64,000 bases of DNA, from contig NC_087263.1 of NCBI RefSeq assembly GCF_037042905.1, positions 7,752,001 to 7,816,000 on the forward strand, given 5' to 3'. This DNA is from Lytechinus pictus (Eukaryota). This document shows positions 51,888 through 64,000 of this stretch, one piece after another (within the stretch, counting starts at the first letter, position 1; each line of letters begins with the position of its first letter). The notes under the pieces were generated by a model. That model worked only from the letters and a program-made list of their open reading frames with translations. It ran no database searches and had not been told where the DNA came from. The position numbers and the translations under genes are program-made.

Positions 51888-52535
51888 GACTAGACAAACC
51901 ATAATCCACAAACTCCTGCAGAGCTCCTGGAGAATACCCTTCACCCGGGAACACCTATGGCTAATAATACTGAACCCAGAGCTAATATTACTGCTACTGA
52001 TGACACGACAGTAGGGACTGGAAGAACTGCATTCCACAAACTCCTGCAGAACTCCTGGAGAGTACCCTACATCCTGGCACTCCTCTGACCAATAATACCG
52101 AGCCTAGAGCGAACATCGCTGCTAATGATGATACAAGACAGTAGGGACCAGACGGCTCGGATCCCATTAATTCCTGCAGAACTCCTGGAGAATACATGTA
52201 CCCTACACCCGGTATGCCTACGACTGATGATACTGAACCCAGAGCTAACATTGCTGCTAATGACATAAGACAGTATGGACCAGATGACTCCGATCCCACA
52301 AACACTTGCAGAACTCCTGGAGAATACCCTACACCCTGGCACACGTATACCCAATAATTCTGAGCCTAGAGCTAATATTGCTGCTAATGATGACACAAGA
52401 CAGTAGGGACTGGACGAACTGCAACATTGCTTCCAATGATGGTGCAAGGCAGTTGTATTTGTAACGTACCACATTCTACAAAATCTTGCAGATCTCCTGG
52501 AGAACATCCTCTACCCGAAACCAATGACCAATAAT
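51759..52535 (+). repeat. Five-plus tandem ~129-bp copies of the gene's final 43 codons including the stop
   Basis: Units start at 51759, 51888, 52016, 52146, 52278, with a decayed sixth from ~52408. Each encodes D(W/*/Q)xxxxPxxxAELLExTLHPG...EPRANI.A.DD.RQ*. Confidence 0.95.
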
Positions 52536-53597
52536 ACAGATGAATCTGCATAAGTCGTATTTATTGGGACCAGAGAAATCAATTTGACTTGGACGAAATT
52601 TTGGACCCAGGATTTATATCATCAGGACAATGAAAAAAAAAAGAACCATATACCAAATATGATATTGTGCATTGGCATAGTGTTGCTGGGTTTGTTAAAT
52701 TGTTTGGGGACAGTTCAGAACATGCTTGATTTTAGAGTTTTAGAAAGATTTATCTACAGGAATTAGTACTCTGATTTCTGACAATGAGGTTGTTTCCATT
52801 GCCATGTTTTGAAATACAGCCTTTTCTGAACTACTCTCGAAATTTTGAGATACCCAAGGTTTTAAAGAGCCCACCACCGACTTTTTGTGGAGGAAGTTGA
52901 TATTACATTTACAGAGGCATAATTCATACATGTACATGGTGAGGGGGCTTGACTGTATAGTCTTCCCTTGTATATACCTCCTTTTCATTCGATCATATTT
53001 CTATTTGATCATTTTTCCAACAGCAATACAATACTGTCATGCATTGCATCTAGTCTGCTGTGCAAACCCTTCACTCGAGTAAAGGGTCTGAATTGCAGCC
53101 TACTCATGCCTTGTGTACTGAAGTCTCTCTCGCTCAGGATTGAAACAGCAAGTTTTGTATGTGCTAGTCTTTGCGTGGAGACACACTTGTTGATCGAAGT
53201 TTCAATCAGGGTCTGTGCCTGCAGACTACATTGCATCTTCAGAGAAATATTTAAAAACAGAAATGTTGAACAAAAATTCTAATCACTAATTTGAACTGGT
53301 TTACATTAAGAAGGTATATGTGAATCATCTTGTGTAAATATCTATTCAGAATAGTTTTTGAAATTTGTAACACTTTATTTCATCAGGCCAATTCCGTTAT
53401 GTACATCAGACCCCCTATATGGATGACCCAGTAAAGCTTCTAGGAAGCTGCTTGTTTTTACAGAATTACTGCAATAATAAACTTTTTTTAGTGATTTCAT
53501 CTCTGCTCTGTGCTTTATATGAAAATGTTTAATGCTCTCAAATTATCATGCTTTGAGAAATACATGAAGTGAAGTAAGAATTAGGTCATTCCCAAAT

Positions 53598-54838
53598 CTA
53601 CACACTTTTTTATTCCCTTTCCCCTTCTTTCTCAACCTAACAAATATCTTCTATCTCTCTTTTGCTCTCTGTAAAGAAACTGACAATATTTTAATGAGCT
53701 TTAAAATTCAACCTTGCCCCACTCATGGTACTATTGATTTCCCCTGTGGTGCCTCCACAGCGAGTAAAAAACGGTCGATTTATGTATTTTTATACGACTA
53801 CCCAACATGTAGCTGGTAGAAAAATAATTAAATCTGTTGTCTGTGACTCGCTGTAAGGCCACTGTAGGGAAATATATTTGAAAATATTTGAAAATCACAA
53901 ATATCCCTACCTTTACAGTACATATGTTATAATAGAGTTTTTGTTCATTTTGTGTATTGTGGAGTGTTGTCTGTTTGAGCTGGTCATTTATTGACAATTT
54001 TGGATGACTTCATATTGTAATCTGATATTTAAGGGCTCCAAGATTTTTTTTCTGAATATGTAAATGATTTGAATGGAGTTTACATACATGTTCTCATACC
54101 TAATTAAGGTGATTCCATGTATATTTCAAAGTTTTCTATTTATTATTCCGTTTTCCATTTTATCACCGTCCAAATGTAACTTTCAAGCAGTACTTTTTTA
54201 ATACCTACCATACCTACACACTTATTTATTCCCTTTCCCCTTCTTTCTCAACCTAACAAATATCTTCTATCTCTCCTTCTATCTTTCTTTTGCTCTCTGT
54301 AAAGAAACTGACAATATTTTAATGAGCTTTAAAATTCAACCTTGCCCCACTCATCGTACTATTGATTTCCCCTGTGGTGCCTCCACAGCGAGTAAAAAAC
54401 GGTCGATTTATGTATTTTTATACGACTACCCAACATGTAGCTGGTAGAAAAATAATTAAATCTGTTGTCTGTGACTCGCTGTAAGGCCACTGTAGGGAAA
54501 TATATTTGAAAATATTTGAAAATCACAAATATCCCTACCTTTACAGTACATATGTTATAATAGAGTTTTTGTTCATGTTGTGTATTGTGGAGTGTTGTCT
54601 GTTTGAGCTGGTCATTTATTGACAATTTTGGATGACTTCATATTGTAATCTGATATTTAAGGGCTCCAAGATTTTTTTTCTGAATATGTAAATGATTTGA
54701 ATGGAGTTTACATACATGTTCTCATACCTAATTAAGGTGATTCCATGTATATTTCAAAGTTTTCTATTTATTATTCCGTTTTCCATTTTATCACCGTCCA
54801 AATGTAACTTTCAAGCAGTACTTTTTTAATACCTACCA
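53598..54838. repeat. Near-identical ~620-bp direct tandem duplication
   Basis: 53598-54210 vs 54214-54838; differs by a 12-bp indel and a few substitutions. It produces the twin 88-aa ORFs 628 bp apart. Confidence 0.95.
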
Positions 54839-56635
54839 GTGATGAAAAAGGGGAAAAAAATTTAAATATAAATATTCATCTATATTTATGCCTATTCATA
54901 TCTATGTATATACATGTATTCATTGAAATGTATCAAAACATTCTGTCCAAAATATTTATAAGAATTGAACTTGATTTTCTATGCAGTTTTATATATTTAT
55001 AATATTACAATCATGTGTGCCAGGCCATGGATCAAATACTTCCTTCATGTTGTATATATTTTATATCAAAATGTAAATAATGAAATAAACGAAATCTGTA
55101 TAATTATATTGTATGTGTGGAACTTTCAATGACCGAATAAAAAAATGGCTTTAGCAAGGAATCTGCCAAGGTGCTGGAGAGATAGAGAGAGACAGGGGGG
55201 GGGGGGGCAAAATGTGAAAGATACATAGGTACAGATACAATATACATTGAAGACAAAGAATTATAATGAATTTTGTATAAAATTTATTTAAAATTATACA
55301 ATCATTTTACACATACTATCAAATCTCAGAAACATTCGGGAAGATGATTCTATCACTGCTTTGGGCAACAAAATGTATCTAAATCGAGCGAGATGTTCAA
55401 GAGAGTAAAAAAAAGGTTGTTACAAATTGACAAAGCACGGTTGCATTATGCTTTTTTTTCTTTAAAAAAAGGTGAAACATGGGTCTCTGATTCATAAAGA
55501 CATGTTATAATCATAAAATGCACAATTTCTATAAGATTACTATCAAATCAAATGATTTCAGTAGTTCAAAACTGATATTGCAAATTTGTTATGTGTTAAC
55601 TTTTGTCAAGGATTTAATATCAATCAATAATTCAACCTGCTATTAAATTAAAGAAGAAATTCACTCTGATGCTTATGTAATATCTTGCTTTGAAATCTGC
55701 CTATCATAATGAAAGAAATCAAACGTCATTTGACGAAATTTGCCCATGAAGTAACTACGAACTGGTCTATTCAAAACCATCATCTGGGCCTCATTAAACA
55801 AAGGCTAGCAATTAATCGCCAAATGAAATGGCCTATCAAGATCAACGATCGGTAGACTGACCAGGAACCAATCGGAATTGCTCTTTCATATTAGCGATTA
55901 ACCGCTTACCTTTGTGTTAGATGGCTGCAGGAGTGTGAAGATAGAGGCACTGATTAGACTTTAAACAAGGTTTTTGAAAAGGAGTCAGAATAGTCCTGCT
56001 GAAATACATAGGATTCTAGGATTCAGTGTATTAGTAGTGGGGTTCACATTAAATTAAACAAGATATTTGTAATGTGTTGATTGGAGCTCGTTCAATTTTA
56101 CTTCCCTTTAAACTAAAACTGAATGGGGGGGGGGGGGGGGACAGTTCCCGTCGATATTTTACGAAACCATTCCACTAAGCGAAATTTTTCGACCACACCA
56201 CTCGGGGACTTTTTAGTTTGAAATCTTGCACATCTTTTGAGAACAAATTTATGATGCCCGGGTATGCAGTTGAAAAATTTCACAACATTACCTAAGTGCA
56301 CATCAGACCCCAAATTGCTCCAAAACGTGTTTTTCTTATCTTATTATTTTGGAAAAATGTACCATAGAGCCTTATAGATCACATCCCACCCTATTATCAT
56401 TCCAAATTTCACAGTTCGTGTGATCGGTGGCCAAGATCTCAACGGGGAGGGGGGGTTGATTCAACTTCCCCCGATCATATAACACCCAAAAAAGCCCGGC
56501 CTGGTTAGGGTTAAGATCTGTTGTATCCATGCTGAGAAGAAATTGCTGCCAGTCTTTCTGCTCATGAGGCATGTCGTACGCCCCCCACAGAATGACAGGC
56601 ATAAAAAGGACACCTTAAAACAGGTCATCATTAAG

Positions 56636-57080
56636 ATCCCAATGATATCTCTCCTTCCAAGTCCTTTCAATGTGCAGTTGCAGTGCTTGGATAGTATATA
56701 GCCATGGGAAGTGTAATACCATCTGATAAACAGGTTGTCCGATTCCTTGTCATCGATTCTCGAACCATTCGGATCCCTATGGTATCTTTAAGAAACTTCC
56801 CTACCACAAGTCCTTCCAATGGGTGGTTGGAGTTCTTGGACAGTATCATTTACAGGGGAAGAGTTATACCATCTGATAAACAGTTTTTCTGATTGGTTGT
56901 CGCCATTTCTCAAAACATTTGGATCCCAATGGTATCCTGAAGACACTTCCCAATAGCTAGTCCTTTTAATGTGCAGTCAGAGTTCTTGGATAGTATCATT
57001 CACAGGGGAAGAGTTATACCACCTGATAATCAGTTTCTCCGATTGGCTATCGTCATGTCTCAAACCATTTGGAGGATCCT
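56636..57080 (-). repeat. Three ~150-bp diverged tandem repeats starting in the last RBM28 codons and running into the 3' UTR
   Basis: atacca(t/c)ctgataa at 56716, 56866, 57016; (g)gatcc anchors at 56635, 56771, 56921, 57074. Confidence 0.85.
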
Positions 57081-60000
57081 TTTAACTTCTTATCACCGCC
57101 ATGCGTAATCTTCTGCTTGTACTTGCTTACCATAGCATTGAACTGTTTCTCTTCTCGAACGGCATGGCCCTGCTTCCTCTTCTGGTTCTTCTGCAAGATT
57201 GTAAGACAATGAGATATTGATTAAAGATCATATTTGACTACCGTACTAAGCTGTTTTATGAGATGTACACTGGGGCAATAGTCACTTGGGTCTATTTCTA
57301 GTTTTAAAAACAATTTCTAAAACAAAGAATGCTTAACCCTAAATCTCCCGGGGTATTTTGATTCTTGTCATTACCGGGGGGGGGGGGCCATTATGGCCCC
57401 CCCCTAAGATCTCGGCCGCCGATCGCGCGAGCGACGCAAAAATTTGCATGCTGGTAGTGTACGATGTAATCTACAAGGCTGTATGGTAAAATTTTCCAAA
57501 ATATTGAGATTTTATTTTATATGAATTAATTATGCTAATTTATGCATAAATCATTCTTTTTGCTTTAATTCACTAAATAAAGCTCCTAGAATGCTAATTT
57601 TTGGTAAAAATATTCTTTGTAGTATTGTTAACAATCACAATAAAAAAAATTCGGTTTGGAAATCAATTTCTTATGTATTTTATTGTTTTATGAATTTCTT
57701 ATGTATTTCTTTGTTTTTTATTGTTTTTTCAATGGAAATTGTTCCAGACTTAATTCTGATCATAAACAAGACAAAATTAATTAAGTTTAATCAGTAAAAG
57801 TAGAAATAATGATATATTTATAAATTTTGGCTAAATACACAATTTGTATTGGATTTGTACATGAAATCACGTTTATGAGCAATTTTGGGTCTGACATGCA
57901 CTTACATAATGTTGCGTAATGTCGGAACCGCGTACCAGGGCGTCATAAATTTGGTCTCAAAATTTGCGCGAGACTTGAAAGTAAAAAGTCAGTAAGCGGC
58001 GAGGTCAAAAAAATTTGCGCAGCGGATATATCGCGAAAATTGTCGAGGGGGGGGCCATTATGGCCCCCCCCCCGGGAGAATTAGGGTTAAAAGTCGGGTT
58101 CAGCCTTGAAAGAAGTGGTTCTGATCAGCTCTGAGAAGAATAATCATAAAAAATATATGTTATTGTAGCGATTATTACCCTTATCGCTGCTATCTCTGGG
58201 ATCGCTATCATCATTTTTATCATCATCATCGTTGTCATGATCATAATGATCATCATCATCAATGACAAATCACCTGTTTTTCTTTCCGGAGTGTTTTCTT
58301 GTCCACCTTCAGTCCAGCGGGCTCCGGTGTCTTCATGCTATTCCAGACCTGCTTCTGTAACACCATCCTCTTTTCCTTCCGTCTGTGTCTCTTCTCATCC
58401 GCCACCTTCCCCCTATCCCTCCATCGGTTCTTGGCCCCAAAGTGGCGTGGTAACCCTTTCTTCTTGCCATCCTGTGGCATGACCATGTTCCTGTTAGCTG
58501 GGAGATGTGGTTCACCACCAGTCTTCTGCTGTGCTTGGAGTCTCTGCTCTGAGTAGGGTTTCCTCGTTTTTGTTTCTTCCTTCGTCTTTTCATCATAACC
58601 TCCTTCTTCCTCTTCAGGTTTTCCACCAAATGCTTGTCTCTTCATCTGTTAAAGAATGCAATGTTGAAGGTTTTTGGTTTTTCATGTAGAGCAAAACTAT
58701 TTCCATCTTAGACCAGACCCAAAACTGCAGTGATTATTTCACATATCAATAGAGAGTTAACCCTATTCTAACTGGGAAAACTCAGACCAAGTTTTTTACT
58801 AGGATGGGTCAATTGATTTGACTTTGTACATGAAATTACATTTTTGAGCAATTTTGCATCTGACATGCACATAGATTGTTGCGTAATTTAGGAACCTCGT
58901 ATCTGGGCGTTGCAAATTTGGTTGCAAAAGATGTGAAGACTTGTAAATAAAATGTCAATGAGTGACGCAGTCAACACAATTTGTGCAGCGGCGAAGTAAA
59001 AAAATTGTCAAGAAGGAGGGGGAGGAGGGCCATTTGATCTTTGAAAGAACAGGGTTAAGTGAGTAACTCGAAGCCTTCTCTCCATATATATCGCCGTTTT
59101 GTCGCCCTTTTTTAAAACCGCTACAGAATGGCAATTTTTGTCCATTTGCCCAGATTTGCTCACTGCAGTAGATTCTATATGGTTCTATCAGATACATCGC
59201 GTAATGAGATCAAAGATTCTTCAATATCAACAGAACCAAACTTTGTTCATGCTTACAATGATGAAAATATCTGGTTTTACTGTAATCTTGCACAGATAAT
59301 TAATCACTTCCATATATTTGGAGCACTTTCCGATCCCATTTCATACCATAGATGTATTTGACTGGGCGGTTGTGTGTGCTTGTTGTACTGCACAGGTTAA
59401 CTTGCCTGCTGGCAATGACTAGCCAGCCATGCCAAACATCTGAAGATTATCTCATTTGTTTGTTATGCAATATTTTGAACTGCATAACAACAAATAACTC
59501 TTGCAATGTAAACTAGGGCCATGCAGAGCAGACGTTGAAAGGGATGAAAATCAAGATATCCCAAAACTACTTACTAATGCTTTTTCTCTTCTCCTCTGCT
59601 TAATTTCCAAAGCACGTCTGTTTTCAAGTGAAAAACCAACAATTAGCCTCTGGGAAATCCAAATTGTGAAAAATAAAATGGAAGAGATAGCAGCAAAATT
59701 AATTCATTTAAAAATGATTAATATTAGCAATGAACTTTATAGTCGAAAGCTGATTAAAAGTACAAGGGTAAAGCTGCATTCTACAAAGTAATTGAATAAA
59801 ACAATTATGAAGACTTCCCAAACTTTCTCAGTGAAATAAAAATAATTCTATGAAAAATAAGCATGTCACACCATAGTGTAAAGCAAAAAGTGAACAAAAT
59901 TAAAACAGGAATATCATTATTTGAACAAGAGCTCAAATGGTAAAAAATTTAAACTATTTTGTCCACAATTAGTAGTGTTGAGAACTCTAACAGCCCGCCA

Positions 60001-63000
60001 ATTTTTCATCAAACAGAGAAAATATCAGTAACACAATAATCCCCCAACAATAAAAACAAAGAATCCTACGTAGACTATAGGCCAATGATATACAAGTCTG
60101 TTCTGGAAGTGCATAGAGACGTTAGGTGATTCCCTTGACTCCCCCCTCCATCTTTTGGTCGTTTTCCAATTTCATTTTATCTTACTATTGTTATTCTTTT
60201 TCTACTTCATCATTTTCTGGTTACTTGATGCCTTTCGATATATTTTGTGTAAAACATTCAATGTAATAAATATGTATCCCGTTTCCACATTTGTTCGCCA
60301 AAGTAACAACTTATATTTTCTCCCAATGGGAGCCTAATTTTCTACACGCTCTGCTTTTTATTTAGGCTCCTCACTTTTTTACATTTTGTAGTGTACCTTA
60401 TGTTTAAATACTTATGTTAGATATTTAATTTGATCTTTGATACACTATGTTTACGAATACATTTGTTATGTATATAATGTTATTTGTTTTAAAAGTGGAA
60501 TCAATAAATGAAAAAAATAATAATGTGAAATGAGGCTTCCAGAAACATTACGACTGGTCCACGATCCAAATTTAGGAGAAAAATGCATTCTGCTTATTTT
60601 CTGAATATGTGAATCAAAAGTATATTTTATTTGAGGTCTAAATCATCTGTGCGATTACATATGTAGCAATTATGGATGACTGCAAGCCTTTATTTTTATG
60701 TGCTGCACTCGACCCAGGTGAGCTGAATGGGTACCCGGTAGGATTTATTCCTTGAATGCTTTAGCGCCTATATGGCCGCTCAGCTACAGCCGGGGTAATA
60801 ATGATATACCAAGTATATTTCAGCGCCTTGAGCACATAATCAATGTGGATTTGGCGCTTTAGAAATACTCTATATTATTATTATTATTATTATTTTGGAG
60901 TAAAGACCGAATTGGATTCAAACCGTAGCCAATCATATGACTGATATGACGTCGATACGAATACATATTCAATTCACTTTTGTTCTTATAATGACGGTAG
61001 CATTGTCATGGACTTGGAACTTTACATAGTAGATACCAATGTCTCAATATTTAAATCAAATTTTACTCCAAAATTTATTCCAATATTGGGTCGCAGACCA
61101 ATCATAAGTTGTGCAGTGGCCTTTATACAGGAACTGAATTTATCATGAAAATTACCTTTTCTGGACCAAATAACTGAGCATTGTTGTTGAGGTGTAAGAG
61201 GGTAGCCAAGGCATGTTCATATTGACTAAATTCAACAAAACCAAATCCTAAAGATTTAGAGACTCCTTGGGCATTTGGGTTGTTCATATCTCGCATTATC
61301 CTAGCCTGAAATACAAAACACAAACAATGTACAGTGTGTTAACAAAATATAATTCTGGAAAGTTGTCCAAAATCAAATTCAAATAGGGAATCACCCACAA
61401 GCTAATATGTTTAAAACTCATCTTAAGACATTTCTTCTTTACGCTTTGAAATGTACAATTTATTTTGTTATATGCAGTAGAATATAGAATATAGAATAAA
61501 CGCTCCTTTATTGTTATCATTTTCAACTGTGTCATGATAAGGAAACCAATAAACAAAACATGTTAAAAACATATTAACAGTGAGTACACAATGAACTGTG
61601 AAAATTTATTTGTTACATTATTTTTGCCATGAATATGGAAGAAATAAGATCAAACCAAGTTTGGTCTAAAATTCATGTTTTGTCAGGGGAAATGAAACCA
61701 AGTTTGGGCTAAAATTCTGGTTGTGTCAGGGGAAATGAAACCAAGTTTGGTCTAAAATTCTGGTTGTGTCAGGGGAAATGAAACCAAGTTTGGGCTAAAA
61801 TTCTGGTTGTGTCAGGGGAAATGAAACCAAGTTTGGGCTAAAATTCTGGTTGTGTCAGGGGAAATGAAACCAAGTTTGGGCTAAAATTCTGGTTGTGTCA
61901 GGGGAAATGAAACCAAGTTTGGGCTAAAATTCTGGTTGTGTCAGGGGAAATGAAACCAAGTTTGGGCTAAAATTCTGGTTGTGTCAGGGGAAATGAAACC
62001 AAGTTTGGGCTAAAATTCTGGTTGTGTCAGGGGAAATGAAACCAAGTTTGGGCTAAAATTCTGGTTGTGTCAGGGGAAATGAAACCAAGTTTGGGCTAAA
62101 ATTCTGGTTGTGTCAGGGGAAATGAAACCAAGTTTGGGCTAAAATTCTGGTTGTGTCAGGGGAAATGAAACCAAGTTTGGGCTAAAATTCTGGTTGTGTC
62201 AGGGGAAATGAAACCAAGTTTGGGCTAAAATTCTGGTTGTGTCAGGGGAAATGAAACCAAGTTTGGGCTAAAATTCTGGTTGTGTCAGGGGTTAAACCTA
62301 ACTTTAATTATGAATACTAGGGCCAAGGGATTAACAAATCAATGAAACAAGGTGGTTCATTAAGCATGAGTCTTGTCTGGTTACGCGATCAATAACTTAT
62401 GCAATATGACCTTTATGGCCAGTGATTTATATTTCCCTTTATTGAATTATGGATCTTCTAGAAATTCTGTAAAATATGCTGGAGTTATTTTATAGAACAA
62501 AATACCTAAACAAATAAAAAGATGCCAATCTCTTGCCTCTTTCAAAAACAGCTATAAAAAATTCCTTAGTGATGCCTATAAATAAATCTGAAAATACATG
62601 TAAGTAGTAATTGCCTTATTACCAACCCATACACTTAGATGTTTACAGTACATTCTCTCTCTCTCTCTCTTCTATGATTATTATGATTATATTATGGTCT
62701 CAGGAGCCCAGCCTTAGAAAGGCCATTGGCCTATGCTGGCTCCCTCATATTCTAATTTATTTTCTTGTTAAATGTATTTCTATTTTTGTATCTTTATTTG
62801 TATACATGTATAATGTATTCTTTGATTTGTATGTTGTATGTCTTTAATGAGAAATTGGAATAAATAAATGAAAAAAAAAAAAGACTCCTAGATGACCTTT
62901 GACCTTATCATCCTCATGAACACAAGTCAATGAAAAGAGTTAACAGCCCGTTATTACCTCAATGACCTTAGCCTTCTTATCTCCTGCAGCCTCCCTTGCA

Positions 63001-63178
63001 ATCTCCCTCAGTTTCTTATCATCGACAGCCTTTGGGAGGTTGTGAATGGCAAGCCGAGTGGGCGAAACAAAGATATTCAGGTTCTTTAATTTCTCCTTCT
63101 TGACGTTTTCTATCTTGAGTCTCTTGTTCATGTACTGCTCCGAGAGGCCCTCCGCTGCCTTGGTCCCCGGCCGTATCA
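57053..63178 (-). CDS. RBM28: RNA-binding motif protein 28 (nucleolar, Nop4 homolog), last five coding exons; 5' part lies beyond the window
   Basis: Exons 62958-63178 (IRPGTKAAEGLS...KLKNLNIFVSPTRLAIHNLPKAVDDKKLR), 61156-61305 (ARIMRD...SLGFGFVEFSQYEHALATL...FGPEK; RRM RNP1), 59575-59649 (RLIVGFSLENRRAL), 58274-58645 (GLPRHFGAKNRWRDRGK), 57053-57190 (EKQFNAMVSKYKQKI...SKWFET*). These match the RBM28 last RRM and C-terminal signature. Confidence 0.93.
57337..58086. mobile_element. Non-autonomous piggyBac-like element; degenerate relatives at ~56113-56513 and ~58760-59055
   Basis: TTAA|CCCTAAATCTCCCGGGG ... CCCCGGGAGAATTAGGG|TTAA; internal palindromes ggggccattatggcccc at both ends. Confidence 0.88.
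60698..60895 (+). mobile_element. SINE 3' part with conserved core and (TAT)n tail; other copies at ~3960-4053 (+), ~32949-33070 (+), ~48325-48470 (-)
   Basis: Shared core tgtgctgcactc(a/g)acccaggtgag..aatgggtacc in four places; gcgccttgagcac...gcgct and a TAT tail. Confidence 0.75.
61652..62291. repeat. 43-bp minisatellite, ~15 copies, in an RBM28 intron
   Basis: Unit aaaccaagtttgggctaaaattctggttgtgtcaggggaaatg, nearly invariant. Confidence 0.97.
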
Positions 63179-64000
63179 CTGAATATGTGGAACAATGAGA
63201 ATGAAAAGGCAAGATTTACAAGGTTTGTGCCAGATCAGCGATGGTATATGGCTCAGAAAAGTGGAATGTGAAGAAAATAGAAGATATCTTGGAGAACAGA
63301 GAGAGAGCCATGATAAGAAAAATGTGTGGTGTTATATATCTTGACTAAAGAAAACAAGTGAACTCATGGAAGTGTTTGGCTTGCGCAAGAAACTGCTGTG
63401 GAAGTTGTAAAGAGGAGTGGACTGAGATGGATTGGCCGTGTGCTTAGGAGGTGATATGCTGAACCTGTGAAAAGAGCACACAATCCGGAAAGTAGATGGC
63501 AAAAGAGCAGACCTGCCTACCTCTGGGAATGAAAAATTGTATTCTGTGAAAACCCCCCCCCCCCGTATTTTCCCCCCAGAAAACTGTATTTCATAATAAA
63601 ATGCGTGGCAAATGCAAGGCACGTGCGCTCATCGCGGCACTCAAGCTGCATGCCAGCTAAAATGCGCACTGCTCTTGCAGATGAACAAAAAACATTGAAA
63701 CATGTGTATATCTCACCCTGGTTTTAACAAAATGATTGAAAAAAAAACAAGTTACCTGAAATTAGATTAATCCAATAACTTTGTGAAAGTTTTATGAAAT
63801 AGAGACATATAGAGATGATTTTTTTTTTAATTGTATATTCTAAAGAAAAAAAACGTACTGTTGTATTTGGTTGCAAGAACGTACTAAATACACCAAAAAC
63901 GTACTGGTTGGCAGCTCTGCAAGAGTAAGGGGAAGATCATACATTACATATACATGGAAAGGTATGGTGAAGGAAAGCAGTATTAAAGGTTAGTCTGAAT

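Noticed and set aside
51798..52507. Minus-strand ORFs of 79-146 aa
   Set aside because: Antisense shadows of the 129-bp repeat; the codon-position bias is in the plus frame.
53731..54625. Twin 88-aa ORFs as duplicated genes
   Set aside because: Non-ATG starts, no protein-like features; by-product of the tandem duplication.
61652..62291. CRISPR-like array
   Set aside because: Contiguous identical 43-mers with no unique spacers, in a eukaryotic intron; a minisatellite.

Overview
AT-rich, repeat-dense eukaryotic (animal) genomic DNA; intron style and repeat families suggest an invertebrate deuterostome, probably a sea urchin (inference, not verified). Left to right: a candidate spliced minus-strand transcript with no clean ORF (~0.9-10.3 kb); an intronless class A aminergic-like GPCR (13770-14801, +); a transposon-rich spacer; an RFX X-box/CCAAT promoter with a non-coding exon (~23.3 kb), followed by a three-copy tandem module of back-to-back donor-terminated mini-exons and a highly conserved hairpin (23.8-30.3 kb); a 19-coding-exon, 875-aa gene I cannot name (32027-51887, +); and the last five coding exons of RBM28 (57053-63178, -), convergent with it. 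Most unusual: the 875-aa gene's last 43 codons, stop included, are tandemly repeated past the stop codon, and the copies differ mainly by synonymous changes. RBM28 also carries a tandem repeat across its stop codon. All gene models were assembled by eye from GT-AG sites and phase consistency; no database searches were run.
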